DNA of 64,000 nucleotides from Actinomycetes bacterium (GTDB lineage Bacteria; Actinomycetota; Thermoleophilia; RBG-16-64-13). The position numbers were made by a program, and so were the translations under genes. Positions within the stretch are counted from its first letter, which is position 1, and each line of letters begins with the position of its first letter. Location of the stretch: the NCBI GenBank assembly GCA_024637095.1, contig JAGXFV010000006.1, positions 34,609-98,608 on the forward strand. Reading direction: 5' to 3'. Below, piece after piece: positions 1 to 9,583 of this stretch. Under the pieces are notes generated by a model, which searched no databases, was not told the origin of the DNA, and was given only the letters and a program-made list of their open reading frames with translations.

Positions 1-480
1 GTACAGAGCGGCCTCGGCGACCTCGGCGGCCAGAGGCAGATCCTCTTTGCCCTCGGTCTCGATCCCGTAGTAACCGGCGAACCGGCGAAGCTTCAAGGGA
101 TCCTTGATGCGGTAGTCCTTGGTCTCCCCGCGGCCCACGGCGAGCAGAGTCTTCGCCATGTCGCGGCCATGATCGGCGTGGGCAGAAGCGCCCCCCGCGC
201 AGGAGCGGAGATAATTACGAGCGGCAACAGTGCCCAGAGTGGCTCCGCACACGCCACGCTTGTCGTTCTTGTCCTGGCCTGTGAACCGGCAAGGGCCCAT
301 GAAACAGATCTTGCAGCAGGCCCCTTCCCCCCCTACGGAACAGTACTTGCCCTTCTCGTCGACCCGGGAGAACATCGTCGAGATTCCCTTTTCCTCCGCG
401 ACCTTGAGCATTTCTTGGGCCGCCGGGTCCATCGATTTGTGCGCGTAGCCGTTTCCGTTTCCGGTCTTCTTTTCTGCCAT
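1..480 (-). CDS. cooS: Anaerobic Ni-CO dehydrogenase catalytic subunit (5' part; runs off window)
   Basis: Not in ORF track. Manual translation from ATG at 480: MAEKKTGNGNGYAHKSMDPAAQEMLKVAEEKGISTMFSRVDEKGKYCSVGGEGACCKICFMGPCR...RGVCGA...SAHADHGR, showing CooS D/B-cluster Cys motifs and the HxxH motif; SD GAAAGGAG upstream. Confidence 0.93.
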   Translation of the reverse strand, partial: MAEKKTGNGNGYAHKSMDPAAQEMLKVAEEKGISTMFSRVDEKGKYCSVGGEGACCKICFMGPCRFTGQDKNDKRGVCGATLGTVAARNYLRSCAGGASAHADHGRDMAKTLLAVGRGETKDYRIKDPLKLRRFAGYYGIETEGKEDLPLAAEVAEAALY

Positions 481-504
481 TCTCGATGGTGCTCCTTTCT
501 GCTT

Positions 505-1446
505 TTACTGCTGCTCGCCCTGCAGGCTCGCGATAGCCTGACGGACGAGTTCGGCCGATTCCGGATGCCTGAGAACGAGAACCTCGCCGCCGGCCACCAG
601 CAGGCTGATCGCCGTGAGCGACTCCCACATCAGGCCGCGGGTCTTCCGGTCGCCCGTGCCGGGCAGTTCGTCCTCCCCGACCTTGGTTTCTTTGGCCTTC
701 CAGGCCTCCTGACCCACGGTAGCGATGATGGGCATCTGCATCTTCGGATCGTTTTGGGCCAGGGCCGCCAACCGGTCGCGCTCGAAAACCGTGTACGAGT
801 ACTCGAGCCCGTAGCCGAGAGCGCCGGTGGTGGGGTCCATCATGATGTTGGTTTCTTCGACACCCAGCTGACCGAGAAGCACGTTGAGCTGCTTGGCCAG
901 GTTGACGTCGATTGGCGAGAAGGCGATCACGCCGTGCTTGAAGCCCATGGAGGCCGCCCCTACCTGACGGTAGTTGTCCTCTTCGGCATTGCCCAGCACC
1001 ACGCGCTTCTCACCGGCCGCCTCCGACACCTCGCGGAGGACTTCGGCGTCAAGGTCGATATCTCCCGATCCAACCACGACAAAGGGCACATCTAGTGAAT
1101 CGATTACCTCCTTGGCGGCGGCTGCTGCTTCTTTGGGATCCCGGGCCACGCCGTTGGGATCCGTCGACTTCAGGCGCAGATAGATGAACTGCGCACCGAA
1201 GTCCTCTACGACCTTCTTGGCCCATGCCTTGGGGTCGTCGTAGACGTCTTGATAGATCTCGTTCAGCTCCGGAGACCAGTCGTCGGGCGCGGCGTCCCAC
1301 ACCTCGAAGCCGATCACCGGCGCGTTGGGCATCTCGCCCTCAAAGGTCTGGAAAGGAAATGTCGATTCCCCTCCAACCGTGAGATCGCCGATCTTGGATT
1401 CGCGGATGCTGCCTTTGTAGTTCTCGTTCGGTGCCTGGAACGCCAC
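505..1446 (-). CDS. acsD: Corrinoid Fe-S protein small (delta) subunit
   Basis: TVGGESTFPF, PIDVNLAKQLN, DPTTGALGYGLEYSY, LVLRHP motifs; WL context; GTG start with SD. Confidence 0.95.
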   Translation of the reverse strand: MAFQAPNENYKGSIRESKIGDLTVGGESTFPFQTFEGEMPNAPVIGFEVWDAAPDDWSPELNEIYQDVYDDPKAWAKKVVEDFGAQFIYLRLKSTDPNGVARDPKEAAAAAKEVIDSLDVPFVVVGSGDIDLDAEVLREVSEAAGEKRVVLGNAEEDNYRQVGAASMGFKHGVIAFSPIDVNLAKQLNVLLGQLGVEETNIMMDPTTGALGYGLEYSYTVFERDRLAALAQNDPKMQMPIIATVGQEAWKAKETKVGEDELPGTGDRKTRGLMWESLTAISLLVAGGEVLVLRHPESAELVRQAIASLQGEQQ

Positions 1447-1512
1447 GCGTCTTACTCCTTCCCTGCCATTTGAGCTGCTCTCTCGCCTGTGATTCGGGCT
1501 ACTCCGGATGCC

Positions 1513-2478
1513 CTAGCGCTCGGCCAGCAGGCGCGCGGCCCGAAGAGTGTTCTTGGCCAACATCATGTTGGTCACGGAGCCGACGCCACCCGGGACGGGA
1601 GTGATGGCCTTCGCCTTCTCCTTGACCTGATCGAAGTTCACGTCCCCCACGGTCTTGCTCGGGGCGTCGGTGAGGTCGGCGGCGCACTGTCGGCAGGGGC
1701 TCTTCTTGCCGCGGTTGTACGTCTGGCACTCGGGACAGACGATGACGCGGTTGATACCGACGTCGATGACAACCGCCCCCTCCTTGACCTGGTCGGCGTT
1801 GACCAGATTGGGAACGCCGGCCGCCACGATCAGGTAATCCGCAGTGGTTGTGTGCTTCTCAAGATTCCCCTTCTGCGAGGTGAAGACATGGGCCGTAGTT
1901 GTGGTCGCATTCCGGTTGAGGCTGAGGAAGCTGACCGGCTTGCCCACGATATTGGAGTGGCCTACGACACAGATCTCTGCGCCCTCGAAGCCGTCTTTGG
2001 GATCGATGCCCTCACCGGCCATGTACCGCTCCATCAGTTCGATACAGGCGGACGGTGTAGCAGGCGGGAAAGTCGGTTCACCCAAAGCCAGCTTGCCCAT
2101 GTTAAACGGGTGAAAGCAATCGATGTCTTTGTCGACGCTAATGGAGTTGATCACCGCCGAGTCGGAGATGTGCTCGGGAAATGGTCTGAGCGGAAGTATA
2201 CCGGATATTTGTGCGTCTTGATTCAAACTATTCACGATTTCGATAACGTCCTGCTCGGTGACGTCCTCGGGGTGGGTTTCTTCCCGGTATTTGAAGCCCA
2301 TCTCCCCACAGAACTTCTCCACCGCGCCGCGGTACATCTTGGCGCCGAAGTTGTCGCCCACCAGCAGCGTCGCGATTCCCGGCTCGATGCCCTTGCCTTT
2401 CAGCTCTTCGAGCTCTCGCGCGAGCTCCCCGCGAATCTCCTCCGCAATAGCCTTACCGTCGATGATCTTTGCCGCCAT
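1513..2478 (-). CDS. folD: Methylene-THF dehydrogenase (FolD family), probably monofunctional, with Cys4 insertion
   Basis: MAAKIIDGKAIA, KDIDCFHP, PATP, GHSNIVGKP, DVGINR, GDV, TPVPGGVG; start moved to ATG 2478 behind GAGGGGG. Confidence 0.93.
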   Translation of the reverse strand: MAAKIIDGKAIAEEIRGELARELEELKGKGIEPGIATLLVGDNFGAKMYRGAVEKFCGEMGFKYREETHPEDVTEQDVIEIVNSLNQDAQISGILPLRPFPEHISDSAVINSISVDKDIDCFHPFNMGKLALGEPTFPPATPSACIELMERYMAGEGIDPKDGFEGAEICVVGHSNIVGKPVSFLSLNRNATTTTAHVFTSQKGNLEKHTTTADYLIVAAGVPNLVNADQVKEGAVVIDVGINRVIVCPECQTYNRGKKSPCRQCAADLTDAPSKTVGDVNFDQVKEKAKAITPVPGGVGSVTNMMLAKNTLRAARLLAER

Positions 2479-2586
2479 GCGTCCCCCTCTGTATATCGAA
2501 TGATATTGTCCTGCACTCTGCATTCCACCCGGAACGGCGGGGAGCCGGTCCGCCGTTGGCTCTTGCGCCCTGGCTCCCAGGCGGTG

Positions 2587-3222
2587 CTAGCCCAGTTTTT
2601 CGTAGGTCAGCCGCAGAACCTTCTGCCGGAGCTGCCAGACCTCGTCCATGATGGCCTGCATCCGGGCCCAGCTCACCTGGTTGTACTCCTGGTCCGAGAT
2701 GTAGCCCACGTTGATCTTCACATTGAGAGCCGCGCTCTCCGCCGCCGCGTCGGCGAGGAGCACGGCCACGCCGGCGTCGCTGACCGCGTTGACGTTACCG
2801 ATCTGGGCCGCCGTCAGACTGAGTTTAGCCACCCGCAGCGATTGTTCGCCGATCGCCAGCGGCACGTTGGCCGCTTCCTTGAGGGATTCCTGCATCCTGC
2901 GGTCGCGCTCGGCCTTCTGCTCTTCGGTTTCGCGGGGCAGCTTCATCGCCGCGGAGACCGCAGCGTAGGCCTCAGTGTCGCTCTGCACCAGATCTTGGAG
3001 AATGGCCCGGACCTCTTCGGCTTCCGCCAACAGCAACTGAACCCGGTCCTCCACGTCGGCGTACTTCTCCTTGCCGAGCGTGAGGTTCGCGACCATGCTC
3101 ACCAGCCCCGCTCCCAGCGCGCCCGCCAGGGCCGCGACGCTTCCGCCCCCCGGTTCCGGGCTGGAGGTGGCCAGTTTGTCGAGAAAGGCCTTGATGCTGC
3201 CGTCGACATAGGACTTGCTCAC
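2587..3222 (-). CDS. fchA: Methenyl-THF cyclohydrolase / FTCD C-terminal family
   Basis: PEPGGGSVAAL, GNVNAVSDAG, LNVKIN motifs; GTG start at 3222 behind AGGGAG. Confidence 0.9.
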   Translation of the reverse strand: MSKSYVDGSIKAFLDKLATSSPEPGGGSVAALAGALGAGLVSMVANLTLGKEKYADVEDRVQLLLAEAEEVRAILQDLVQSDTEAYAAVSAAMKLPRETEEQKAERDRRMQESLKEAANVPLAIGEQSLRVAKLSLTAAQIGNVNAVSDAGVAVLLADAAAESAALNVKINVGYISDQEYNQVSWARMQAIMDEVWQLRQKVLRLTYEKLG

Positions 3223-3241
3223 AGTGATCTCCCTAAAGCCG

Positions 3242-4024
3242 TCATTCCTTCTTGCCCGCCTGCCCCCCGTCGAGCACGTACTGGTCCACCAGATCACGCA
3301 CCGCCACGCGGCTAACGGCGTCGTTGCCCAGCGCAAAGACGTCAAGCCCGGCGAGGTCGTTTTCGAAGATGGCCGGGTCTTGGGGAATCGTCACCGCAGG
3401 CTCGAGCGAAGTGTGCTCGAGCAGCGGCTCCACATCCAAACCCTCCGGCACGCGGTTGACCACCACGTACCGTTTCTTGACCACGAGCCCCATCTCGTCG
3501 ATCAGTTCGTTGACCCGCTCTACGGTCCGCATTCCGCGCACGGTGGGGTCCGTGACCACGAACATCACATCGACGTCCCTGGTGGTGTGCCGGCTGAGGT
3601 GTTCGAGGCCACCCTCATTGTCCATCAGCACCCACTCGTACTCCTTGGCCAACGTCTTGATGTACTCCCTTAGGAGGTTGTTGGCGTAGCAGTAGCAGCC
3701 GGGGCCTTCCGGACGGCCCATAACCAACAGGTCGTAGCCCTTGGCTTCGGCCAGGGCCTCGTGCATCTTGTACTCGATCCAGCTCTGCTTATCCCAACCG
3801 GTCGGGATCTCGCGCGCGCCGACGAAGGCTTCCTCCCGCAGGCCACCAACAGTGGCCGGAGCCGTGACGCCCAAGACCTCGCCCAGGTTGGCGTTCGGGT
3901 CCGCGTCCACCACCAAGATCGGCGCCTCATCTCGCTCGACCAATTCACGAAGGATGAGACCCGTCAGGGTGGTCTTGCCCGTCCCCCCTTTGCCGGCCAC
4001 CGCCACGGTTCGCGTTTCGCTCAG
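3242..4024 (-). CDS. cooC: CO dehydrogenase nickel-insertion ATPase (CooC/AcsF)
   Basis: GKGGTGKT, DADPN, GPGCYC (CxC Ni site), DNEGGLEHLSR; start probably CTG at 4024 (GTG at 4006 is the alternative). Confidence 0.92.
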   Translation of the reverse strand: MSETRTVAVAGKGGTGKTTLTGLILRELVERDEAPILVVDADPNANLGEVLGVTAPATVGGLREEAFVGAREIPTGWDKQSWIEYKMHEALAEAKGYDLLVMGRPEGPGCYCYANNLLREYIKTLAKEYEWVLMDNEGGLEHLSRHTTRDVDVMFVVTDPTVRGMRTVERVNELIDEMGLVVKKRYVVVNRVPEGLDVEPLLEHTSLEPAVTIPQDPAIFENDLAGLDVFALGNDAVSRVAVRDLVDQYVLDGGQAGKKE

Positions 4025-5979
4025 GATGCTCCTCCGTTCAGCTGATTGAGCACATTTTCCATGTTGGGGAAGTAGGTCATGTCCGTGTGGGGCAGGAACA
4101 TGGCCGCCATATAGTAGTCCATGAAGGTCTGGTTGTCGGAAAGCTCCACGTTGGTCACCGAGGTGGCAATCTGCTCCGCCGAGCGCAGCATGTCCTTGGA
4201 GAGTGACACCAGCCTCGCGCCAAGCAACGAGCCATTGCCCACGAAGGTGAATTTCTCGTAGTCGATCTCGGGGAAGAGGCCGATGGCCTGGGCCTGCTCG
4301 ATCCTCAGGTACTTGCCGAAACCCCCCGCGACCAAGACCTGCTCCAGGTCGCTCCAGTCGAGCGCCACGCTCTCCAACAAGGTCTGGATGCCCGCGTAGA
4401 TGGCCGCTTTGGCGCGCACCAGGTTGTCGATATCCGCCTCGGTGATGACGATGTCGTCTCCCGTGCCGGAGTACTCGGCCTCGACCAGGACGTACTCGGT
4501 GGCCCCCTCGGTCTCACGCACCCGCCAGGTGTCGAGCTCTGTGCGGAACTTGCCGTTCTGGGTGATCACCCCGGTTTCCAGGAGCTCAGCGACGGCGTCG
4601 ATTATCCCGGACCCACAGATACCCACCGGAGAGACCTCGCTTATGGTCAGGATCGTGGGGTCGTAGGTCACCGGATCGATGCGCACGCTTTCGACGGCAC
4701 CATCCGTCGCCCGCATGCCGTGCTTTATCCCGCCCCCCTCGAACGCCGGTCCGGCGGAACACGAGGTGGCTATCAGCCAGTCCCGGTTGCCCACCACGGC
4801 CTCGCCGTTGGTGCCGATGTCCATGTAAAGCGTGATCTTTTCGGTGCGAAACATGCCGGAACCCAGTATGCCGGAAACGATGTCTCCGCCGACGTAGCTG
4901 GAGACGCTGGGGAATGTGTAGAGGTGGACATGACGGCCAACCTCGATCCCGTCGCCCAGATTCGCCGCTCTGACCGGCGGAATGAAGTCCGCGGGAGGCA
5001 CGTATGGCGCCATCCGCAAATACTTGGGGTCGATACCGACCAACAGGCTGGTCATCGTGGTGTTGCCCGCAGCCACGAGATGGCTGATCTTCATGCGGTC
5101 GACGCCGGAGGAGGCCACCAGACTGTCGATGATGTCGTTTATGGTATTGACGATCGACTGCTGCAAACGCTCCCGGCCGCGGCTCTTTTGGGAGAAGACG
5201 ATTCGGCTGATGACATCCTCGCCGAAGCTGATCTGCCGGTTGTACTCGGAGGCCTGGGCCAGGCTCACCCCCTGCTTGAGGTCGAGCAACTGTCCCCAGA
5301 CGGTGGTGGTGCCGATGTCGAGGACCACCGAGTAATCCTCATTGCATACGGCACCCGGCTCGAGGTTGATCACCTTGTATCCGTAATTGGTGTCGACCAC
5401 CGTCGCCGTAACCGTCCAATTCTGCTCGCGCAGGATGTGCGGCATGTTGCGGATCCAGATGGAGTCCACCGATGCGTTCTCCAAGAGCTGCTCGTCCTTC
5501 AGCCCCTTCTTGAAGCGGGCAAGGTCGTTCATGTTGTCGAGCGTGGTGGGCTCGGGCAGCGTGAGACAGACCTTTTTCACCACCGGGTCGAGGGTCCAGT
5601 CCGCGACCAGTGATTCCAGCTCTGCGGGAGTGAGCAGCTTGCCCTTGCGGTCGCCCACCAACTCCCGATCGAGCACCGCAGCGTTACCCATGCGCGAAGT
5701 CTCGGGGACGAAGACCACGGCATCCGAGCGCAGGTAGGTCTGACAGGCCAGCCGAAGGCCGGATTGCCAGTCGGCGTCGTCGAGCTTCGAAGAACGCTCG
5801 GACAGAATCTCGCCGGACACCAGTTTGATTACGCACTTCCCGCAGGAACCGGCCCCGCCACAGGAGGCGTTGATGTGGATGCCGGAACGCATGGCCGCGC
5901 GCAGAATAGATTCATCCGGGGCGACGTCGCTGATAGCGACGTCGCCCGGCTGAAAGGTGAGGGTGTAGCGCTCGGTCAC
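4021..5979 (-). CDS. acsV: Corrinoid reductive activator (RACo, 2Fe-2S + ASKHA domains)
   Basis: CGGAGSCGKC...RLACQ ferredoxin; DIGTTT, DIGTNGE, SAGPAFEGG, GICGSG, AGGFG. Confidence 0.93.
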   Translation of the reverse strand: MTERYTLTFQPGDVAISDVAPDESILRAAMRSGIHINASCGGAGSCGKCVIKLVSGEILSERSSKLDDADWQSGLRLACQTYLRSDAVVFVPETSRMGNAAVLDRELVGDRKGKLLTPAELESLVADWTLDPVVKKVCLTLPEPTTLDNMNDLARFKKGLKDEQLLENASVDSIWIRNMPHILREQNWTVTATVVDTNYGYKVINLEPGAVCNEDYSVVLDIGTTTVWGQLLDLKQGVSLAQASEYNRQISFGEDVISRIVFSQKSRGRERLQQSIVNTINDIIDSLVASSGVDRMKISHLVAAGNTTMTSLLVGIDPKYLRMAPYVPPADFIPPVRAANLGDGIEVGRHVHLYTFPSVSSYVGGDIVSGILGSGMFRTEKITLYMDIGTNGEAVVGNRDWLIATSCSAGPAFEGGGIKHGMRATDGAVESVRIDPVTYDPTILTISEVSPVGICGSGIIDAVAELLETGVITQNGKFRTELDTWRVRETEGATEYVLVEAEYSGTGDDIVITEADIDNLVRAKAAIYAGIQTLLESVALDWSDLEQVLVAGGFGKYLRIEQAQAIGLFPEIDYEKFTFVGNGSLLGARLVSLSKDMLRSAEQIATSVTNVELSDNQTFMDYYMAAMFLPHTDMTYFPNMENVLNQLNGGAS

Positions 5980-6016
5980 GCTACACCCTCGAACCGTTTT
6001 TTACCGGAGACAGCAC

Positions 6017-7690
6017 TTAGAACAGGCCGACGATCTTCCCGTCACTGGTCAGGTCGATCTTCTCGGCGGCCGGCTTCTTGGGCAGGCCGGGCATGGTCAT
6101 CATCTTGCCGCAAACGGGGATGATGAAGCCGGAGCCCGTGTTCAGCCGCACCTCACGCACGGTTAGACGCCAATCCCTCGGCCGGCCGAGCTTCGTCTTG
6201 TCGTCGGAGAGGGAGGCCTGAGTCTTGGCCATGCAGATGGGCAGGTCGCTGTAGCCCAGCTGATTGATCCGCTCAATAGACTCTTCCGCGTCGGAGGCGT
6301 AGTCCACGCCATCGGCGCCGTAGATCTTGGTTGCGATCGCCTCGATCTTCTCTTTTATGGGCTGCTTGACGTCGTAGAGGAACTTGAAGTCCGGCTTCTC
6401 CTCGGAGCACATGCGCACGATCTCCCGCGCCAGCTCCGCGCCGCCTTCGCCTCCGTTGGCCCACACGTCGGACAGCACGACCTTGGAGCCCATCTCCTTG
6501 ACCCGCTTGTCCAGGTGCGCCAACTCGGCATCGGTGTCCGTGGGGAACTTGTTGATGGCGACCACGACGGGTACGCCGAACAGTTGCATGTTCTCGACGT
6601 GTTTCTCGAGGTTCTCCAGGCCCTTGTCCAGCGCGTCGACGTTCTCTTCCTTCAGGTTCTCGAAGGGGACTCCGCCGTGCATCTTCAGCGCGCGGACGGT
6701 GGCCACGAGCACCACGGCGTCCGGGACCAGGCCGGCGTAACGACACTTGATGTCGAAGAATTTCTCCGCGCCCAGGTCGGCGGCGAAGCCTGCTTCGGTG
6801 ACCACGTAGTCGGCCAGCTTGAGAGCCAGCTTGGTCGCCTGCACCGAGTTACAGCCGTGGGCGATGTTCGCGAAGGGGCCGCCGTGCACGATGGCAGGAG
6901 TGTTCTCCAGAGTCTGCACCAGGTTGGGCATGAGGGCGTCCTTGAGCAGGACGGCCATGGAGCCCGAGGCCTTGATGTCGGCGGCGGTGACCGCCTTCCC
7001 GTCTTTGTCGAAGCCCAGGGTCACGCGGCCCAGCCGATCCTTGAGATCGTCCAGGTCGTTCGCCAGGCAGAGGATGGCCATGACCTCGGAGGCCACGGTG
7101 ATGTCGAAGCGGGTGTCGCGTTCGACGCCCTCGCCTTCCTTGCCGACAGTGACGGCACGCAGGGCGCGGTCGTTCAGGTCGACCACCCGCGGCCAAACGA
7201 TGTTCTCAGTGTCTATGTTGAGATCGTTGCCCTGGAAGAGGTGGTTGTCGAGAATGGCGGCGCAGAGGTTATGCGCCGTGGTGATCGCGTGCAGGTCGCC
7301 GGTGAAATGGAGGTTTATGTCCTCCATGGGGACCACCTGGGCGTAGCCACCGCCTGCGGCGCCGCCCTTGATCCCAAAAGAAGGACCCAGAGAAGGCTCG
7401 CGGAGAGTGGTGATGACCGATTCGCCGATCTTGGCCAGTCCCATCGAGAGACCGACGTTGGTGGTGGTTTTCCCCTCACCCGCTGGGGTCGGCGTAATCG
7501 CGGTGCAGAGAATCAGTTTACCGTCGGGATTGTCTTTGACCCGGTCCATGACGTCGAGGTGAATCTTCGCCTTGTATTTCCCATACAGATCGAGATCATC
7601 CGCCGAGAGGCCAAGCTGGTCAGCCACCTCGATGATCGGCTTAAGCTCAGCCTCTTGCGCGATTTCGATATCGCTCTTGTACTCCGCCAA
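6017..7690 (-). CDS. fhs: Formate--tetrahydrofolate ligase
   Basis: [48 protein letters not shown] start behind GGGGAGGG. Confidence 0.98.
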   Translation of the reverse strand: MAEYKSDIEIAQEAELKPIIEVADQLGLSADDLDLYGKYKAKIHLDVMDRVKDNPDGKLILCTAITPTPAGEGKTTTNVGLSMGLAKIGESVITTLREPSLGPSFGIKGGAAGGGYAQVVPMEDINLHFTGDLHAITTAHNLCAAILDNHLFQGNDLNIDTENIVWPRVVDLNDRALRAVTVGKEGEGVERDTRFDITVASEVMAILCLANDLDDLKDRLGRVTLGFDKDGKAVTAADIKASGSMAVLLKDALMPNLVQTLENTPAIVHGGPFANIAHGCNSVQATKLALKLADYVVTEAGFAADLGAEKFFDIKCRYAGLVPDAVVLVATVRALKMHGGVPFENLKEENVDALDKGLENLEKHVENMQLFGVPVVVAINKFPTDTDAELAHLDKRVKEMGSKVVLSDVWANGGEGGAELAREIVRMCSEEKPDFKFLYDVKQPIKEKIEAIATKIYGADGVDYASDAEESIERINQLGYSDLPICMAKTQASLSDDKTKLGRPRDWRLTVREVRLNTGSGFIIPVCGKMMTMPGLPKKPAAEKIDLTSDGKIVGLF

Positions 7691-7726
7691 TGCCCCTCCC
7701 CTTTACCCGTTTCAGCTGGCGCGACG

Positions 7727-7754
7727 ATTCTAAGTGACAAAGATGCTAACGCAA
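7727..7754 (-). promoter_or_regulatory. Putative sigmaA promoter of the WL operon (TTGCGT-N16-TAGAAT)
   Basis: Consensus-like hexamers about 36 nt upstream of the fhs start. Confidence 0.5.
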
Positions 7755-7799
7755 ATAGGTAGGACCGTTCAAGCCCGGCCCCGCCCCGCTCCTCCTTCC

Positions 7800-9059
7800 C
7801 TAGGTGCCGTCCATCGAACCGGCACTCTCTCTGGCGGTGATCGCCTCGTTCATGATTTCCTTCAGCGAGCGCCCGGTCTCCTCCGCCACTCGGCGGCAGT
7901 CCTCGTACTCCGGTGAGCACGTAACCTCGACGCCCTTCCAGTAGCCTATCTTGACCGCGACCTCACCGCCCCTCACAGAAACACATTCCGTGCGACGCTC
8001 AAGTTCGTGCCGCCCACTCACCCGCCGTCGCAGGCCGAAAGTGGTCGACTCAACAAATATCATGTCTACGAGTGGGTCTTCGTCCTCGGGCCGGGCGATC
8101 ACGGTAAGTTCCACTCCGGGCCGGCCCTTCTTCATCAGCACCGGAGCCAGGTAGACGTCCAGAGCGCCCAGCGCGAGAAGGCGGCTCTGGAGGAAGCCGA
8201 GGACTTCGGGCGTGGCGTCATCGATGGCGGCCTCGAGGACCAGGCAGGACGAGTCGCCTCTAACCACTGTTTCTTCCCCGAATTCGATAGTGGTTTCAGC
8301 GGGCTTGCCCACGACCACGCGCAGCAGGTTCGGCCCGTGCTCGAGGACACGATGACCAGCCCCGTAACCCACGGCCCGCGGGGTCATGGGCGGCATCCCA
8401 CCCCAGGTGTCGGCCGCTTCGGTGAGAAGCAAGGCGCCCGTGGGCGTCGTCACCTCGGAACTCTCGGGCCCTGCCGAGACCGGCACACCCTCCAGGAGCG
8501 CCAGGGTCGCGGGGGCGGGAATCCCCACATCCCCATGCTCGGTCCGCAGTCTCCCTTGGCCCACGGGCACAGGCCCCACGGCCACGCGCTCGATCCCGAG
8601 TTCGTGAACCAGGCTGAAGAAGCCCACGACGTCGACCATGGTGTCGACCGCGCCCAGTTCGTGGAAGTGCACCTCGTTCACGGGGACGCCGTGCAAATCG
8701 GCCTCGACCCGGGCGAGGCGGTCCAGGGCCTTCAGCGAACGTTCCCGCACCTGCCCCGGCAGCGCGGCCGTCCGGATCAACGCCAAAACCTCTCGAGGTC
8801 CCCGGCGCGGCTGCCGGCCCCCATCCTCCACGGTCAGGCGGGTGCAGGCGAAGCCCTTCTCCACCCCACGCTCCGCGAGAACCCGAACACCCTGTAGGTT
8901 CAGGGCCGCGATGCTCCCGGTCAGCACCCGTTCCAGGTTTTGCTCAGGAAAGGCGTCGAGGAGGGCGGCCAAGAGCATGTCTCCTGCGGCGCCCGCCCAG
9001 AGGTCCACGTAGAGAAGCGTCCTCGGTTCGGACTTGGTCTGATCAGTCTGGTTTTCCAT
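7800..9059 (-). CDS. larC: Nickel-pincer cofactor Ni-insertion protein LarC
   Basis: GAAGDMLLAAL, VHFHELGAVD, HG..PAPAT, TPTGA, MKKGRPG, PEYEDC. Confidence 0.92.
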   Translation of the reverse strand: MENQTDQTKSEPRTLLYVDLWAGAAGDMLLAALLDAFPEQNLERVLTGSIAALNLQGVRVLAERGVEKGFACTRLTVEDGGRQPRRGPREVLALIRTAALPGQVRERSLKALDRLARVEADLHGVPVNEVHFHELGAVDTMVDVVGFFSLVHELGIERVAVGPVPVGQGRLRTEHGDVGIPAPATLALLEGVPVSAGPESSEVTTPTGALLLTEAADTWGGMPPMTPRAVGYGAGHRVLEHGPNLLRVVVGKPAETTIEFGEETVVRGDSSCLVLEAAIDDATPEVLGFLQSRLLALGALDVYLAPVLMKKGRPGVELTVIARPEDEDPLVDMIFVESTTFGLRRRVSGRHELERRTECVSVRGGEVAVKIGYWKGVEVTCSPEYEDCRRVAEETGRSLKEIMNEAITARESAGSMDGT

Positions 9060-9211
9060 GGCGGGAAGACTATCTTATGGTCCCGCACCAGGCATCACAA
9101 GCGCGTAGCGAGATCTCGTCTTGGTTTTCGTTGCAATAGCGCCCGCATCTTTCTAGACTTCGGGGTATCACCGCCAGCGTACGGAACCCCACCCGAAGCG
9201 GACAAGGAAGA

Positions 9212-9583
9212 ATGATCGAGGAAAGGCTCGCTCACTACATCGGCCGCACCGTGAGGCGCCTGCGCCTGGAGCGCGACTTCACCCTGCAGGCGCTCGCCGA
9301 TGAGTCCGGTATCTCCAAGAGCTACCTGGGGGACATCGAGAAGGGGCGCAAGAATCCGACCACCGACGTCCTCGAGTCGATCGCGCGGGCCCTGGCGGTG
9401 CCGTCGCGGCAACTGCTCTATCAGGCCGCTCTCGAGGAAGGGGCGGCGACGGGAGGTCAGTTGACACTGGAGGAGGACCGTGACGAAGAGATGGAGGTCC
9501 GGGAGATCCAGCAGTTGTCCCGCCGTCTGGGCCCCCGGGACCGACGGCTATTGATAGATCTCGCCCGGCGCCTGTCGAAATGA
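9212..9583 (+). CDS. XRE-family HTH transcriptional regulator
   Basis: TLQALADESGISKSYLGDIEKGRKNPT; SD AAGGAAG. Confidence 0.9.
   Translation: MIEERLAHYIGRTVRRLRLERDFTLQALADESGISKSYLGDIEKGRKNPTTDVLESIARALAVPSRQLLYQAALEEGAATGGQLTLEEDRDEEMEVREIQQLSRRLGPRDRRLLIDLARRLSK

Noticed and set aside
2479..2600. THF or ZTP riboswitch before folD (CCGCCTGGG resembles the ZTP 3' stem)
   Set aside because: The 5' GACUG(A/G)CG element and the THF consensus are absent
169..7762. Long plus-strand ORFs (308, 608, 297, 415 aa) and similar shadow ORFs across the window
   Set aside because: Antisense to well-supported genes, no recognisable motifs; expected from high-GC codon bias
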